Assembly (NCBI GenBank): GCA_019747315.1
Contig: JAIEQY010000227.1
Location: forward strand, 25,953 to 89,952
Reading direction: 5' to 3'
Source: Roseococcus sp.
Lineage (GTDB): Bacteria; Pseudomonadota; Alphaproteobacteria; Acetobacterales; Acetobacteraceae
Length of the DNA stretch: 64,000 bases
Position 1 is the stretch's first letter. The number at the start of each line of letters is the position of its first letter. The position numbers and the translations under genes are program-made. Below the pieces are notes generated by a model. That model saw only the letters and a list, made by a program, of their open reading frames with translations, was not told where the DNA came from and made no database searches. Of the stretch, positions 53,459 through 63,612 are shown in pieces.

Positions 53459-54940
53459 ATGAGCGGCAGCGTCAGCTTCAACGGCATTCCCGTCTCGATC
53501 CGGGTGCCCGGCACCTATGTCGAGATCGACAGCAGTCGCGCCGTGCGGGGCCTCTCGGCCTGGCCGGCCAAGGTGCTGATCGCAGGGCAGCGTCTCAGCA
53601 CGGGCACAGCGGCCGCCGGCGTGCCGGTGCGCGTCACCTCGGCCGAGCAGGCGCGCACCCTGTTCGGGCGCGCCTCCATGCTGGCGCAGATGTGCGCCGC
53701 CTGGTTCCGCGCCAACACCACCACCGAGACCTGGGCGCTGCCCATCAATGAGCCCTCGGGTGGCGTCCAGGCCAGCTCCGTGTTGGCTGTGGGCGGCACT
53801 TCGACGGCGGCGGGCACCATCTCGCTCCTCATCCATGGGCGGCGGGTGGATGTGGCTGTGGCCTCTGGCACTGCCGCGGCGGCAGTGGCCACCGCCATCG
53901 GCGCGGCCATCAACGCCAACCTGGACCTGCTGGTGACGGCCGCCGTCACCACCACCAACGTCACCGTCACCGCCCGCGCGCGCGGCCTGGAGGGCAACTC
54001 GATCGACATCCGGCATTCGGCCGGTGCGAATGAGGCGCTGCCGGCCGGCATCACGCTGACGACGCCCGCCATGGCCAGCGGCACGCTGGCGCCCACGGCG
54101 GATCTCGGCACCGCCCTCGATGCGCTGGGCGATGTCTGGTTCACCGACATCATCACCAACTGGAACGATGTGGGTGTGCTGGCCGCGCTGGAGAGCCGGC
54201 TGTCCAGCCAGTTCGGGCCGATGCAGATGCGCGACTGCCACGCCTGGGCCGCCCGGCCGGAGGCCACCTTCTCGGCGCTCACGAGCTTCGGCACGGCCCG
54301 CAACTCGCCGCACCTCTCCGTCATGGGCTACCGCAACTCGCCCACGCCGCCCTGGGAATGGGCCGCCGTGCTGGGCGCCGTGTGCATCCCGGCCCTGGCC
54401 ATTGACCCGGCGCGCCCGGTGCAGACGCTGGCCCTGCCGGGGCTGATCGCGCCCGTCGCTGCCAGCCGCTTCACCTGGAGCGAGCGGGACCTTCTGCTGC
54501 GCGACGGCATCAGCACCTTCCGGGTGGATGATGGGGGCAACGTGCTGATCGAGCGCGTGGTCACCACCTATCAGACCAGCCCGGCCGGCGCCGAGGACAT
54601 CAGCTACCTCGACGTCGAGACCATGAAGACCTTGGCCTTCCTGCGCTACGACCTGCGGCAGATGATCGCGCTGCGCTATCCCCGCCACAAGCTGGCGGAT
54701 GACGGCACCAACTTCGCGCGCGGCCAGGCTGTGGCGACACCGGGCCTGATCCGCGCTGAGATCGTGGCCCGCGCAATCCAGTGGGAGAGCGCCGGCTTGG
54801 TCGAGGGCATCGAGGTCTTCAAGCGGGACATCATCGTGGTGCGCAGCACCACAGACCCCAACCGGGTGGATGCGCTGCTGCCGCCCGACATCGTCAACCA
54901 GCTGCGCGTGGTCGCGGCGCAGATCCAGTTCCTGCTGTAA
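53459..54940 (+). CDS. Tail sheath protein (Mu gpL)
   Basis: F..IP..IRVPG.Y.E.D.S.A, DPARP.QTL.L, IER.VTTY, NRVD...PPD.VNQLRV.A. Confidence 0.95.
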   Translation: MSGSVSFNGIPVSIRVPGTYVEIDSSRAVRGLSAWPAKVLIAGQRLSTGTAAAGVPVRVTSAEQARTLFGRASMLAQMCAAWFRANTTTETWALPINEPSGGVQASSVLAVGGTSTAAGTISLLIHGRRVDVAVASGTAAAAVATAIGAAINANLDLLVTAAVTTTNVTVTARARGLEGNSIDIRHSAGANEALPAGITLTTPAMASGTLAPTADLGTALDALGDVWFTDIITNWNDVGVLAALESRLSSQFGPMQMRDCHAWAARPEATFSALTSFGTARNSPHLSVMGYRNSPTPPWEWAAVLGAVCIPALAIDPARPVQTLALPGLIAPVAASRFTWSERDLLLRDGISTFRVDDGGNVLIERVVTTYQTSPAGAEDISYLDVETMKTLAFLRYDLRQMIALRYPRHKLADDGTNFARGQAVATPGLIRAEIVARAIQWESAGLVEGIEVFKRDIIVVRSTTDPNRVDALLPPDIVNQLRVVAAQIQFLL

Positions 54941-54952
54941 GGGGAGGCCGAA

Positions 54953-55312
54953 ATGCCGCAGTTCTTGGGCCGCGCGACCATCCGCGTGAATGGCGATGTG
55001 ATCGAGACGGCGAAGGGCGCCATGCTGGATATCGGCGGGGTGAAGCGCACGAGCGTCGTCGTCGGCCGCGTCGTCGGCTTCGCGGAGGAGACGGTGCCCG
55101 CCGTGCTGGAGTGCGAGACGGCGCTGCGCCCCGGCATGTCCGTGGCGCGGCTGGGCCGGCTGACCGGCGCCGTGGTGGTCTTCGAGTGCGACACGGGCCA
55201 GCGCTACGTGATCAACGACGCCTTCACCACCGATACGCCGACGATGAAGGATGGCGAGGGCGGGAACGTCACGCTCAAAATGGAAGGCCCCGGCGCGGAG
55301 GAAGTGCTTTGA
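54953..55312 (+). CDS. Tail tube protein
   Basis: G.A.I.VNG, GG.KR..V, FECDTG..Y; follows sheath. Confidence 0.88.
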   Translation: MPQFLGRATIRVNGDVIETAKGAMLDIGGVKRTSVVVGRVVGFAEETVPAVLECETALRPGMSVARLGRLTGAVVVFECDTGQRYVINDAFTTDTPTMKDGEGGNVTLKMEGPGAEEVL

Positions 55313-55719
55313 GCGCCGAAGGGCGCTTGGTGCTGCGCGAGCCCATCCAGCGCGTCTCGAAGCAGACGGGCCAGGTGGTGGACAGCATCACGGAAATCAC
55401 GCTGCGCCGCCCCAAGCTGGGGGACCTGGTGGCCGCGATGGAGGCCGCCGGCGGGGCCGCATCGGCGGGCAGCATGACGCTGCACCTGGCCGCCCGCCTC
55501 TCCGGCATTCCGGCCGCCGAGCTGAGCGAGCTGGACATCGAGGACGGCGCCGCGCTGATGGAACTCGTCGCGGGTTTTATGCCGGCTGGCCTCAAGACTG
55601 GGATGGGTGGCTCGCCATCGCCGCGGGGAGCTTCGGCATCGCCGCCGACTGGCGAGACTGGGGACCAGCCGAACTCCGATTTTGGGGTGCTCGTGCCGCT
55701 CAGTGGCAAGCCAAACTGA
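55309..55719 (+). CDS. Tail assembly chaperone (gp41-like)
   Basis: L..PI, I.E.TLRRP..GDL, EL..LD.ED; TTG start overlapping tube stop. Confidence 0.85.
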   Translation: MSAEGRLVLREPIQRVSKQTGQVVDSITEITLRRPKLGDLVAAMEAAGGAASAGSMTLHLAARLSGIPAAELSELDIEDGAALMELVAGFMPAGLKTGMGGSPSPRGASASPPTGETGDQPNSDFGVLVPLSGKPN

Positions 55720-55733
55720 ACCCCCAGAGGTAG
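55572..55733 (+). other. -1 programmed frameshift site and extended chaperone frame
   Basis: In-frame G GGT TTT heptamer at 55572-55578; -1 frame encodes FG...W....EL.FW...A ending 55733. Confidence 0.75.
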
Positions 55734-55739
55734 CCCGCC

Positions 55740-57473
55740 ATGCTGCGCCTCCAGATCCTGCTGCAAGCCGTGGACCGCCTCACCGCGCCGATGCGCGCGG
55801 TGGAAGCGCGCCTTGCCGCCGTGGGGGCGGCGGCGCAGCGGATCGGGCGGGAGAGCGGCGCGACCCGGCTGGCGGGGGCGATGCGGAATGTGGCGGCCCA
55901 GGCCGGCGTGGCGACGGGGGCGATGCTACGGCTGACCGGCACCGTGGCGGGCGTGGGTGCGGCGGGTGCGGCGGCCAGTGGCTTCGCGTTCAACTCGCAG
56001 TTCCTTCGGCCGGCGGCCGAGGCCGAGCGCATGATGATCACGCTGCGCAATCAGCTTGGCGAAGAGGGCGCAAACCGCGCATTCGCGTGGGTAAATGATT
56101 TCGCCGCGCGCACGCCCTACGCGCTGGCCGAGGTGCAGAGCGCCTTCGTCTCCCTGAACAATCTCGGGATCAACCCGATGACCGGCGGCCTTCAGGCCGT
56201 GGGCGACGCCGCTGCCATCATGCGCACCAGCTATTCGGAGGCTGTCACCGCCTTCTCCGCCGCGATGCGCGGCGAGATGGACCCGATGGAGCGCTTTGGC
56301 GTCTTCGGCCGCACGCAGAACGGGATGACCACGCTGCGCTGGCGGGACCGCCAGGGCACCGAGCGCGCGGCCAATGTGCGGGAGGGAAATCGCGACGGCA
56401 TGGCTGCCGCCCTGCAGGACGCGCTGAACAGCAAATTCGCGGGGGGCATGGAAGAGCTGTCCCGCAGCTGGGACGGCATGGTGTCAAACCTCGGCGATGC
56501 CTGGATGCGCTTCACCGGCATGGTGATGAAGGCCGGCGTCTTCGACTGGATGAAGGAGCGCCTTGAGGAGCTGCTCGCCCGCGTGAACGCCATGGCCGAG
56601 GATGGCACGCTGCGCGCCTGGGCCGAGCAGATCGCCGCCTCCATCCTCGTCGCCTTCAACGCGATCCGCGCCTTCCTGGTGGGCACCGATGAAGAGCCGG
56701 CCGGCATCACGCGCCTCATGGACGTGCTGCGCCGCATCGGCGAGCTGGTTTCCCCGGTCACCGATCACTTCGGCACCATGGAGACGGCGCTGGGCGCCAT
56801 CGGGCTCGTCCTGGCCGGACCGCTTATCGCCAGCCTGGCTGGCCTGACGCTCGGCATGACGGCGCTGGGCGTGGCTCTGGTCGCAACCCCCGCGGGCTGG
56901 TTCGCCATCGCGGCTGCCGGCATCATCGCGCTGGCCGCTGCCATCACCAACAACTGGGGTGGCCTGGGCGATTGGTTCGGGCAGCAGCTCTCCGGCCTTC
57001 TGGATCCGCTGGGCGCGCTGGAGCGTGGCTTGACCTCCTTCCGGGACTGGGCAGCCTCCATCCTCAGCGCGTGGCAGCCGGTGGCCGCCTTCTTCGACCG
57101 GCTCTCGGCCGGCATCACGGCCGTCTCCGACGCGCTCGGCGCGGGCCGCGCGGCTCAGACGGGCCTGGATGCCGCGCCGCCTGCCATCGGCAATGTCCAG
57201 GGCCGGCAGCGGCCTGCCAATCCCGCCTCGGGCTTCTATGGCAATGACGGCTTCTGGAACCAGGTGACGGGCGAAGGCGGTGCAGCGCCCGCGCCTGGCA
57301 GCGCCGCCGCCCCACGCCCGGCCGCTTCCAGCCCGCGCCCCGTCCAGGTGCAGACCGGCGGCCAGCTCAACATCCGCGTCGAGGATGGCCGCCCACCCCA
57401 GGTGACCGGCCGCCCTGCCAACCCCGATGAGCGCTGGTCCATCAACCAAGGCCCGCGCCTGGTGACGCCATGA
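55740..57473 (+). CDS. Tape measure protein
   Basis: AVD.LT.P, FA..TPY.L.EV, S..W.G..SNL.D; Ala-rich with hydrophobic segments. Confidence 0.9.
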   Translation: MLRLQILLQAVDRLTAPMRAVEARLAAVGAAAQRIGRESGATRLAGAMRNVAAQAGVATGAMLRLTGTVAGVGAAGAAASGFAFNSQFLRPAAEAERMMITLRNQLGEEGANRAFAWVNDFAARTPYALAEVQSAFVSLNNLGINPMTGGLQAVGDAAAIMRTSYSEAVTAFSAAMRGEMDPMERFGVFGRTQNGMTTLRWRDRQGTERAANVREGNRDGMAAALQDALNSKFAGGMEELSRSWDGMVSNLGDAWMRFTGMVMKAGVFDWMKERLEELLARVNAMAEDGTLRAWAEQIAASILVAFNAIRAFLVGTDEEPAGITRLMDVLRRIGELVSPVTDHFGTMETALGAIGLVLAGPLIASLAGLTLGMTALGVALVATPAGWFAIAAAGIIALAAAITNNWGGLGDWFGQQLSGLLDPLGALERGLTSFRDWAASILSAWQPVAAFFDRLSAGITAVSDALGAGRAAQTGLDAAPPAIGNVQGRQRPANPASGFYGNDGFWNQVTGEGGAAPAPGSAAAPRPAASSPRPVQVQTGGQLNIRVEDGRPPQVTGRPANPDERWSINQGPRLVTP

Positions 57474-58765
57474 GCGCCTTCCTCGGCGACGCGGCAACCA
57501 CGCTTGGCCAGGTGAACGCGGTGGGCCAGCAGGTGCTGGCCTTCCTCGATCCCACCTTCCGCCAGGCCACGCTGCGCGGCCTGCCCTTCTTCGTGAAGAC
57601 CGGCACGGATACGCCCGGCCGCCGCTGGGTGACGCATGAATTCCCCGGCCGTGATGACCCCTGGCACGAAGACCTGGGCGAGAAGACCCGCCGCATTGAT
57701 GTCGAAGGCCTGCTGATCGGCGATGACGTGCAGCTGCAGGCCGAGGACTTCCTGGAGGCCATCGCCGCCCCCGGCACCGCCAGCTTCACCCACCCCTGGT
57801 TCGGCCAGGTGGAGGTGGCCATCCTGGAAGGCCGCGTGGTGCAGAGCGAGGTGGAGCGCCGCGTGGCCCAGGTCAGCCTGCGGCTGGAGCGCGCCGGCCG
57901 CCGCCCCGCGCCCCTGATCGCCGAGGATGGCCTGGCCGGCATCCTGAACCGCCTCGGCCGCGTGCGCCTGGCCGTGCTGCGCGTCCTCTCCCGATTGCGG
58001 CAATTGCTGGCCCTGCCGCGCCAGCTGCTGGGCGCGCTGCGGACCTTCGTCAACGCCGTGGTGGATCAGTTCACCGGCCTCTACAACGCGCTGGGCCGCC
58101 CGTTTGACCGGCTGGGTCGCCCGGCCGGCGCCGCGCTGGCCAGCGTGAGCGACGCGGATCTGCGCACCCCGTCCATCTTCGGCCCCGTTCTCCTGGATGC
58201 CTATCGCGGCGCCTCGGTCCTGGCCGCACCGCCCGCGCGGGGTGAGGCGCCGGTGCTGGATGGCCTCTGGCCGGCCGGCGCTGCCGTGCCCGGCCGCGAC
58301 GTGCTGCCCCGCCTGCTGGCGCTGACTGCGGCGCCCGCATTGCCGCTGGAACTCACCGCCTGGCGCGCCGTGGCCCAATGCGCCGCGGCGGCGGAGGGCG
58401 CGCGCGTGCTGGCCGTCATGCCTTTCGACAGCCGCCCCGATGCCATCGCGGCGCGCGATGCAGTGGCCGATGCCATGGCCGCCGCCGCCGATGCCCTGGC
58501 CGAGGCCGGGCTGCATGACGCATGGACCGAGATGCTGGGCCTGCGCGCCGCCGTGGTGCAGGACACCTCGGCCCGCGCCGCCCTGCTGCCGGCGCTGCGG
58601 CGGATCCAACTGCCCACCACCCTGCCGGCCGCACTGGTGGCTTATCGGCTGGATGGCGATGATCTCAACGGCCTCTTTGGCCGCGCTCAGGCGCTCACCA
58701 CTCGCAATCGCGTTCGCCACCCGCTCTTCGTGCCGGGCGGCCGCGTGTTGGAGGTGGCCCGATGA
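57470..58765 (+). CDS. DNA circularization protein (Mu gpN)
   Basis: A..RG.PF.V, GRR...HEFP.RD.P..EDLG, HPWFG, RN.VRHPLFVP. Confidence 0.92.
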   Translation: MSAFLGDAATTLGQVNAVGQQVLAFLDPTFRQATLRGLPFFVKTGTDTPGRRWVTHEFPGRDDPWHEDLGEKTRRIDVEGLLIGDDVQLQAEDFLEAIAAPGTASFTHPWFGQVEVAILEGRVVQSEVERRVAQVSLRLERAGRRPAPLIAEDGLAGILNRLGRVRLAVLRVLSRLRQLLALPRQLLGALRTFVNAVVDQFTGLYNALGRPFDRLGRPAGAALASVSDADLRTPSIFGPVLLDAYRGASVLAAPPARGEAPVLDGLWPAGAAVPGRDVLPRLLALTAAPALPLELTAWRAVAQCAAAAEGARVLAVMPFDSRPDAIAARDAVADAMAAAADALAEAGLHDAWTEMLGLRAAVVQDTSARAALLPALRRIQLPTTLPAALVAYRLDGDDLNGLFGRAQALTTRNRVRHPLFVPGGRVLEVAR

Positions 58766-59994
58766 GCGGCTTCTTCCCGGCAGGCCAATTTCCAGCCACG
58801 ACAGCCGGCCAGGTGGCGCTGACCGTGGACGGCCTGGTGCATTCCGGCTGGCTCTCCATGCGCCTGGCCCACTCGATTGAGGCTGCCGCCAGCAAGTTCA
58901 CCCTGGAACTGACCGAGCGCTGGACCCGCGGCGGAGCCGCTCCCAGTCAATCAGGCAGCTCTGCTGCCGGCGATGGCCGCCTGGAACGCCGCATCCGCCC
59001 GGCCGAGCGCTGCATCATAGCCCTCGATGGGGAGGAGGTTCTCTCCGGCCATATTGACGGGGTGGATGCGGATTACGACGCGACGCGCCACACGCTCTCC
59101 GTCACCGGGCGGGACCTGGTGGGGGACCTGGTGGACGGCGCCGCCGCCATCGAGCCCCCCTTCGAATGGCGCGCCATCAAGCTGGATGAGTTGGCCCGCC
59201 GCGTCTGCGCGCCCTTCAACATCGAGGTGGTGGCCAGCGTGGATTGCGGCGCGCCCTTCCCGCGCGCGGCCATCCAGCCGGGCGAAACGGCGTGGGAGGT
59301 GATCGAGCGCGGCTGCCGCCAGCGCGGACTGATCGCCACAGGGGATGGGCGGGGCCGCCTGCTGATCACCAAGGCCGGCGCCGGGGGTGAGGGGGCCGGC
59401 ATGCTCCGCCTGGGCGGCGAGGACGGCAACATCCTCTCGGCCCAGGGGCGCTTCGACTGGTCGGGCCGGCATGACCTGGTGGTGGTGCGCGGCCAGGGTG
59501 AGGGCGGCAAGGCCGGCCAGGGCGAGGCCCGCGCGCGCGATGCCGAGGTGACGCGCCACCGCCCCAAGCTGCTGCTGGCCGAGGCGGCGGGCGAGGGCGT
59601 GACCTTCCAGCGCCGTGCCGATTGGGAGGTCATCACCTGCGCCGCGCGCTCCCGCCGGCTGACCTATCGCGTGCCGGGCTGGCGCGGCCGCAGCGGGCGC
59701 CTCTGGCGGCCCAACACCATGGTCCGCGTCCAGGATGCCTATCTGGAGCTGGAGCGCGAGATGCTGATCGTCTCCGTCGCCTGGACGCTGGATGATCAGG
59801 GCACCGTCACCGAGATCGAGGTCGCCCCGCGTGAGGCCTTCGAGATCCTGCCCGAGCCTTCGACGCGCGGCAGCGGGGGCGGCCTTCGCGAAGGCTTCTA
59901 TCGCGCCGAAGAAGGCGCGCGAAACGAGGGCGCCGGCACGGGCTATCGTCGCACCGGCGATCTCCCCCCGCCCAGCCGGGCCACCACGCCATGA
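58762..59994 (+). CDS. Baseplate hub (Mu gp44/gpP)
   Basis: L.VDG..H.GW, V.GRD..GDLVD, PGETA.E.I.R, V.GWR...G.LW.PN. Confidence 0.92.
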   Translation: MSGFFPAGQFPATTAGQVALTVDGLVHSGWLSMRLAHSIEAAASKFTLELTERWTRGGAAPSQSGSSAAGDGRLERRIRPAERCIIALDGEEVLSGHIDGVDADYDATRHTLSVTGRDLVGDLVDGAAAIEPPFEWRAIKLDELARRVCAPFNIEVVASVDCGAPFPRAAIQPGETAWEVIERGCRQRGLIATGDGRGRLLITKAGAGGEGAGMLRLGGEDGNILSAQGRFDWSGRHDLVVVRGQGEGGKAGQGEARARDAEVTRHRPKLLLAEAAGEGVTFQRRADWEVITCAARSRRLTYRVPGWRGRSGRLWRPNTMVRVQDAYLELEREMLIVSVAWTLDDQGTVTEIEVAPREAFEILPEPSTRGSGGGLREGFYRAEEGARNEGAGTGYRRTGDLPPPSRATTP

Positions 59995-60461
59995 CCGACT
60001 TCGCCGGCCTCTCCCGCCTGCTGGAGCCGCTCCGCCGCCGCGTCATGCTCACCGTGGGCCGCGCTGTGCTGCGCGCCGTCTCGGATGGGCCGGGCTTGCA
60101 AACCCTCCAGCTCACCCTTCTCGCCGGTGAGACGCGGGACGGGGTGGAGCGCGTGCAGCCCTATGGCCTGACTACGGTGCCGCAGGCCGGGGCCGAGGCC
60201 GTGGTGCTTTGCATCGGCGGCAACCGGGACCATCCGGTGGCCATCGTGGTGGGGGATGCGGGCGGCCGCCCCTCGGGCCTCGGCCCGGGTGAGGTCTGCC
60301 TCTATTCGTCGCAGGACGCCGGCGGTGGCCACCGCGTGCTCATGAAGGCAGACCGCACCATCGTCATCCAGGGGCTGCGCGTGCGCATCGAGGCCACCAG
60401 CCTGGATGTCGTCGGCAATATCCGCGCCTCGGGCACCATCACGCCGGGGGCTGCGCTGTGA
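59991..60461 (+). CDS. Baseplate spike (Mu gp45)
   Basis: Q..Q...LAGE.RD.VE..Q.YG.T..P..GAE. Confidence 0.9.
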   Translation: MTDFAGLSRLLEPLRRRVMLTVGRAVLRAVSDGPGLQTLQLTLLAGETRDGVERVQPYGLTTVPQAGAEAVVLCIGGNRDHPVAIVVGDAGGRPSGLGPGEVCLYSSQDAGGGHRVLMKADRTIVIQGLRVRIEATSLDVVGNIRASGTITPGAAL

Positions 60462-60898
60462 CGATGATCGCTCTCGATTGGGGCCAAACGAGGCTCACGC
60501 CGGATCTGGCCCTGGTACCCTCCGGCGCCGTCGCGCGGGATGATGGCCTGCGCACCGCCATCTTGCTCAGCCTGTTCCTGGACGCCCGCGCGGGCGAGGA
60601 GGACCCCCTGCCGGATCCGCTGAACCGGGACCGGCGCGGCTGGGTGGGCGATGTGCTGGCCCCCACCGCCGGGGACCGCATGGGCTCCCGCCTCTGGCTG
60701 CTGGCCCGCGAAAAGCAGACCGAAGCCACAAGGCTGCGCGCCGAGATCTACGCGCGGGAGGCGCTGGCCTGGCTGGTCGAGGAAAGCCTGGCGCGCGCCG
60801 TCTCCGTCTCGGCCGCCTGGGCCTCCACAGGGCAGTTGGCCCTGCGCATCCAGGTTGCCGAGCTGAGCTATGACGAGACCTTCGGGGTGCTGATCTGA
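60458..60898 (+). CDS. Baseplate protein (Mu gp46)
   Basis: L.TA.L.SLF.D.RA, RRGW.GD, GSRLWLL.REK, YAREAL.WL. Confidence 0.92.
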   Translation: MTMIALDWGQTRLTPDLALVPSGAVARDDGLRTAILLSLFLDARAGEEDPLPDPLNRDRRGWVGDVLAPTAGDRMGSRLWLLAREKQTEATRLRAEIYAREALAWLVEESLARAVSVSAAWASTGQLALRIQVAELSYDETFGVLI

Positions 60899-61941
60899 TG
60901 CCCTTCTCCCGCCCCACCCCCTTCGAGCTGCGCGAGCGCCTGGCCGCCGAGATCCAGGCCGCCCTGCCTGGTGCCGATGCGCGCCAGCGCCGCTCGGTCG
61001 AGGAGGTGATGGTGCGCCTGACGGCGATTGCGGCCAATGACCTGCACGGCCATCTCGGTTGGGCGGCCGAGCAGCTGCTGCCGGACACGGCCGAGAGCGA
61101 GCTGCTGGACCGCCACGGCGCCATCTGGGGGATCGGTCGCCGCCCGGCCGCGCCCGCGCGCGGGCCGGTCAGCCTGGTCGGCGCCGACGGCGCCACGATC
61201 CCAGCAGGGACGGAGTTTCGCCGCAGCGATGACGCGCGCTTCGCGCTGGATGCGGCAGTAAGCCTGATCGCGGGCCTGGGTACGGGGCAAGTGACGGCTT
61301 TGGTCAGCGGGGTGGCCGGCAACTCGTCCGCAAGCCAGAATCTGGCGCCGATTTCGCCCGTGATCGGCCTTACCTCGGCCAGCATCGCGGCGCCGGGCCT
61401 CACGGGCGGGCTGGATGTGGAGGATGACGCAACGCTGCGCGGCCGCATCATTGCCCGCATCCAGGCGCCCCCGGCCGGCGGCACGCGGGCGGACTACCTG
61501 GCCTGGGCGCTGGCTGTTCCCGGCGTCGAACGCGCCTTCGTCTTCGCGCCACATGTCGGCCTCGGCACTGTTGGTGTGGCGCTTCTCGCGCCAGGTGGTT
61601 CGCTGCCCAGCGCGGGCCTTGTTGCGGCCGTGCAGGCCGCGCTGGACGCGCGCCGGCCTGTCACCGCGCTGGTGACGGCCTTCGCGCCGCCCACCCTGGC
61701 CGTGCCCGTCACACTGAGCATTTCGCCCGACACGGCCGAGCAGCGCGCCGCCGTGACGGCGGGCTTGGCCAGCTTCTTCGCGACCGAGGCCGCACCAGGC
61801 GAGACCCTGCGACGCTCTCGCCTTGCGGAGGCCATCTCCGGCGTGGCCGGCGAGGCCTGGCACGGGCTGACAGTTCCCTCCGCCGATGTGGTGCCGGCCG
61901 CCGCGCAACTGCCCATCCTGGGCACGGTGACCTTCACATGA
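60898..61941 (+). CDS. Baseplate J-like wedge protein (Mu gp47)
   Basis: PF.RPT, Q.LPDTA, GG.D.E.D..LR.R, P..GG...DY..WAL. Confidence 0.93.
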   Translation: MPFSRPTPFELRERLAAEIQAALPGADARQRRSVEEVMVRLTAIAANDLHGHLGWAAEQLLPDTAESELLDRHGAIWGIGRRPAAPARGPVSLVGADGATIPAGTEFRRSDDARFALDAAVSLIAGLGTGQVTALVSGVAGNSSASQNLAPISPVIGLTSASIAAPGLTGGLDVEDDATLRGRIIARIQAPPAGGTRADYLAWALAVPGVERAFVFAPHVGLGTVGVALLAPGGSLPSAGLVAAVQAALDARRPVTALVTAFAPPTLAVPVTLSISPDTAEQRAAVTAGLASFFATEAAPGETLRRSRLAEAISGVAGEAWHGLTVPSADVVPAAAQLPILGTVTFT

Positions 61942-62525
61942 TGCGTGACAAGCAGCTCGCCCAGCTCATCGCCCTGCTGCCGCCCGGGGCGGCCCTGCCG
62001 CGCGAGCCCGACAGCCGCTTGGCCCGCCAGCTGTGGCCCATGGCTGAGGAGTTTGCCCGGCTGGATGCCCGCGCCGCGGATCTCATGATCCAGGCTGACC
62101 CGCGCGCGGCGGATGAGATGCTGGCCGATTATGAGCGCGTGCTGGGTGATGACCCGTGCATTGGCCCCGTCGCCCGCCTGCCCATCGAGACGCGGCGGGC
62201 CCTGGCGCACCAGCGCTGGACAGCCCAGGGCGGCGCCACGCCGGCCTATTTCACCGGCATCGCGGCCGCCTTCGGCATCCCCATCACGCTCACGGAAAGC
62301 CAGCCCTTCGAATGCGGCGTCAGCGCCTGCGATGACGAGCTGATCGCCGAGGACGGGCGGTTCGAGTGGATCGTCACCATCACGGCACCGACGCTGCTGA
62401 CGGAATTCGAGGTGGGCGTGGCCGATGTTGGCACACCGCTCGGCGATTTCGCGCGCAGCCCGGTGGAATGCCTGATCCGCCGCTCCGCCCCAGCCCACAC
62501 CAGCGTCTATTTCAGCTACGTCTAG
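61938..62525 (+). CDS. Baseplate protein (Mu gp48, DUF2313)
   Basis: LLPPG.A, ML.DYERVLG, EC.I.R..PAHT...F.Y. Confidence 0.9.
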   Translation: MMRDKQLAQLIALLPPGAALPREPDSRLARQLWPMAEEFARLDARAADLMIQADPRAADEMLADYERVLGDDPCIGPVARLPIETRRALAHQRWTAQGGATPAYFTGIAAAFGIPITLTESQPFECGVSACDDELIAEDGRFEWIVTITAPTLLTEFEVGVADVGTPLGDFARSPVECLIRRSAPAHTSVYFSYV

Positions 62526-62539
62526 AGGAGCTTCAGAGC

Positions 62540-63610
62540 ATGGACAGGATCAGCGGCGCGACGGTTGACATTGGCTCCGGCCGTAGGGGTTTCCGGGGCC
62601 GCAACCTCCTGCTCTCCCAGGCCGGGACCATTCCCGATCCCAATTGGTTCAACGGTGTGCAGGAAGAGATTATCCGCGCCATTGAGACCCTTGGCCTGAC
62701 GCCGCTCGACGCGAACCGCGAGCAGCTGGTCCAGGCCATGCGGCGGCTGGCGGGCGGCAACGTGCGCACCATCAGCACGGGCGGCGTGACGCTGACGGCG
62801 GATGATGCGGGCCTCGTCCTCGTCAACGCCTCCGGGAGCTTTGGCATCACGCTGCCCGCCGCCAACAGCGCGGGCGGCCGGCCTTTGCGCCTGACCCTCG
62901 TGCGCGTCGATGCGGACCCTGGCACCACGACCATCGCGCGCGCGGGCAGCGACACCATTGATGGCCTGACCACCCTGCCGCTGACGGCGGGGCAGCGGGT
63001 GACGCTGATCAGCGACGGCGCCTCGGGCTGGCGGTTCGCCGCGCAGCTGGCGCTCGGCGGCATCCAATCCTTCTTCAGCAGCGGCACCTTCACGGTGCCA
63101 TCGGGCGTGCAGCGCGTGCGGGCGCGCGTCTGGGGCGCGGGATCGGGCGGGGGTGTCTACGCGACGGGCGCGCCGAGCGCGGGCGGCAGCGGCGGCGGGT
63201 ATGCCGAGGGCATCTATGCGGTGACGCCGGGCGCCGCCATCACGGTCACCGTGGGCGCGGGCGGTGTCGCCAACAGCAACGGCGGCAGCAGCAGCTTCGG
63301 CGCCTTCTGCTCGGCGACGGGCGGGCAGACCGGGGCCACCAACACCACGACCGGCGCGCCAGGCACCGGCACGGGCGGGCAGATCAACCTCACGGGCGGC
63401 GGCGGCGGCCTCGGCATCCAGCTGGCCGGCGCCGCGCTGGACCGCGCAGGCGGGACGGGCGGCGGCGCGCCCTTTGGGCAGCAGAGCGGCAATCCTTGGG
63501 TGGGGGGCAGCTCCGTCGCTGGCAGCTTCCCGGGCGGCGGCGCCTCCGGCCAGGCCGCGGCCGGCAGCACGGCGTCCGGCGCCAATGGCCTTGTCATCGT
63601 GGAGTGGTGA
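62540..63610 (+). CDS. Tail fibre protein with glycine-rich C-terminal domain
   Basis: MDRI...F...GT....WFN.VQEE N-terminus; F..SGTFTVP.GV...WGAG; G..G.VIVEW end; GAGGAG RBS. Confidence 0.88.
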   Translation: MDRISGATVDIGSGRRGFRGRNLLLSQAGTIPDPNWFNGVQEEIIRAIETLGLTPLDANREQLVQAMRRLAGGNVRTISTGGVTLTADDAGLVLVNASGSFGITLPAANSAGGRPLRLTLVRVDADPGTTTIARAGSDTIDGLTTLPLTAGQRVTLISDGASGWRFAAQLALGGIQSFFSSGTFTVPSGVQRVRARVWGAGSGGGVYATGAPSAGGSGGGYAEGIYAVTPGAAITVTVGAGGVANSNGGSSSFGAFCSATGGQTGATNTTTGAPGTGTGGQINLTGGGGGLGIQLAGAALDRAGGTGGGAPFGQQSGNPWVGGSSVAGSFPGGGASGQAAAGSTASGANGLVIVEW

Positions 63611-63612
63611 GC

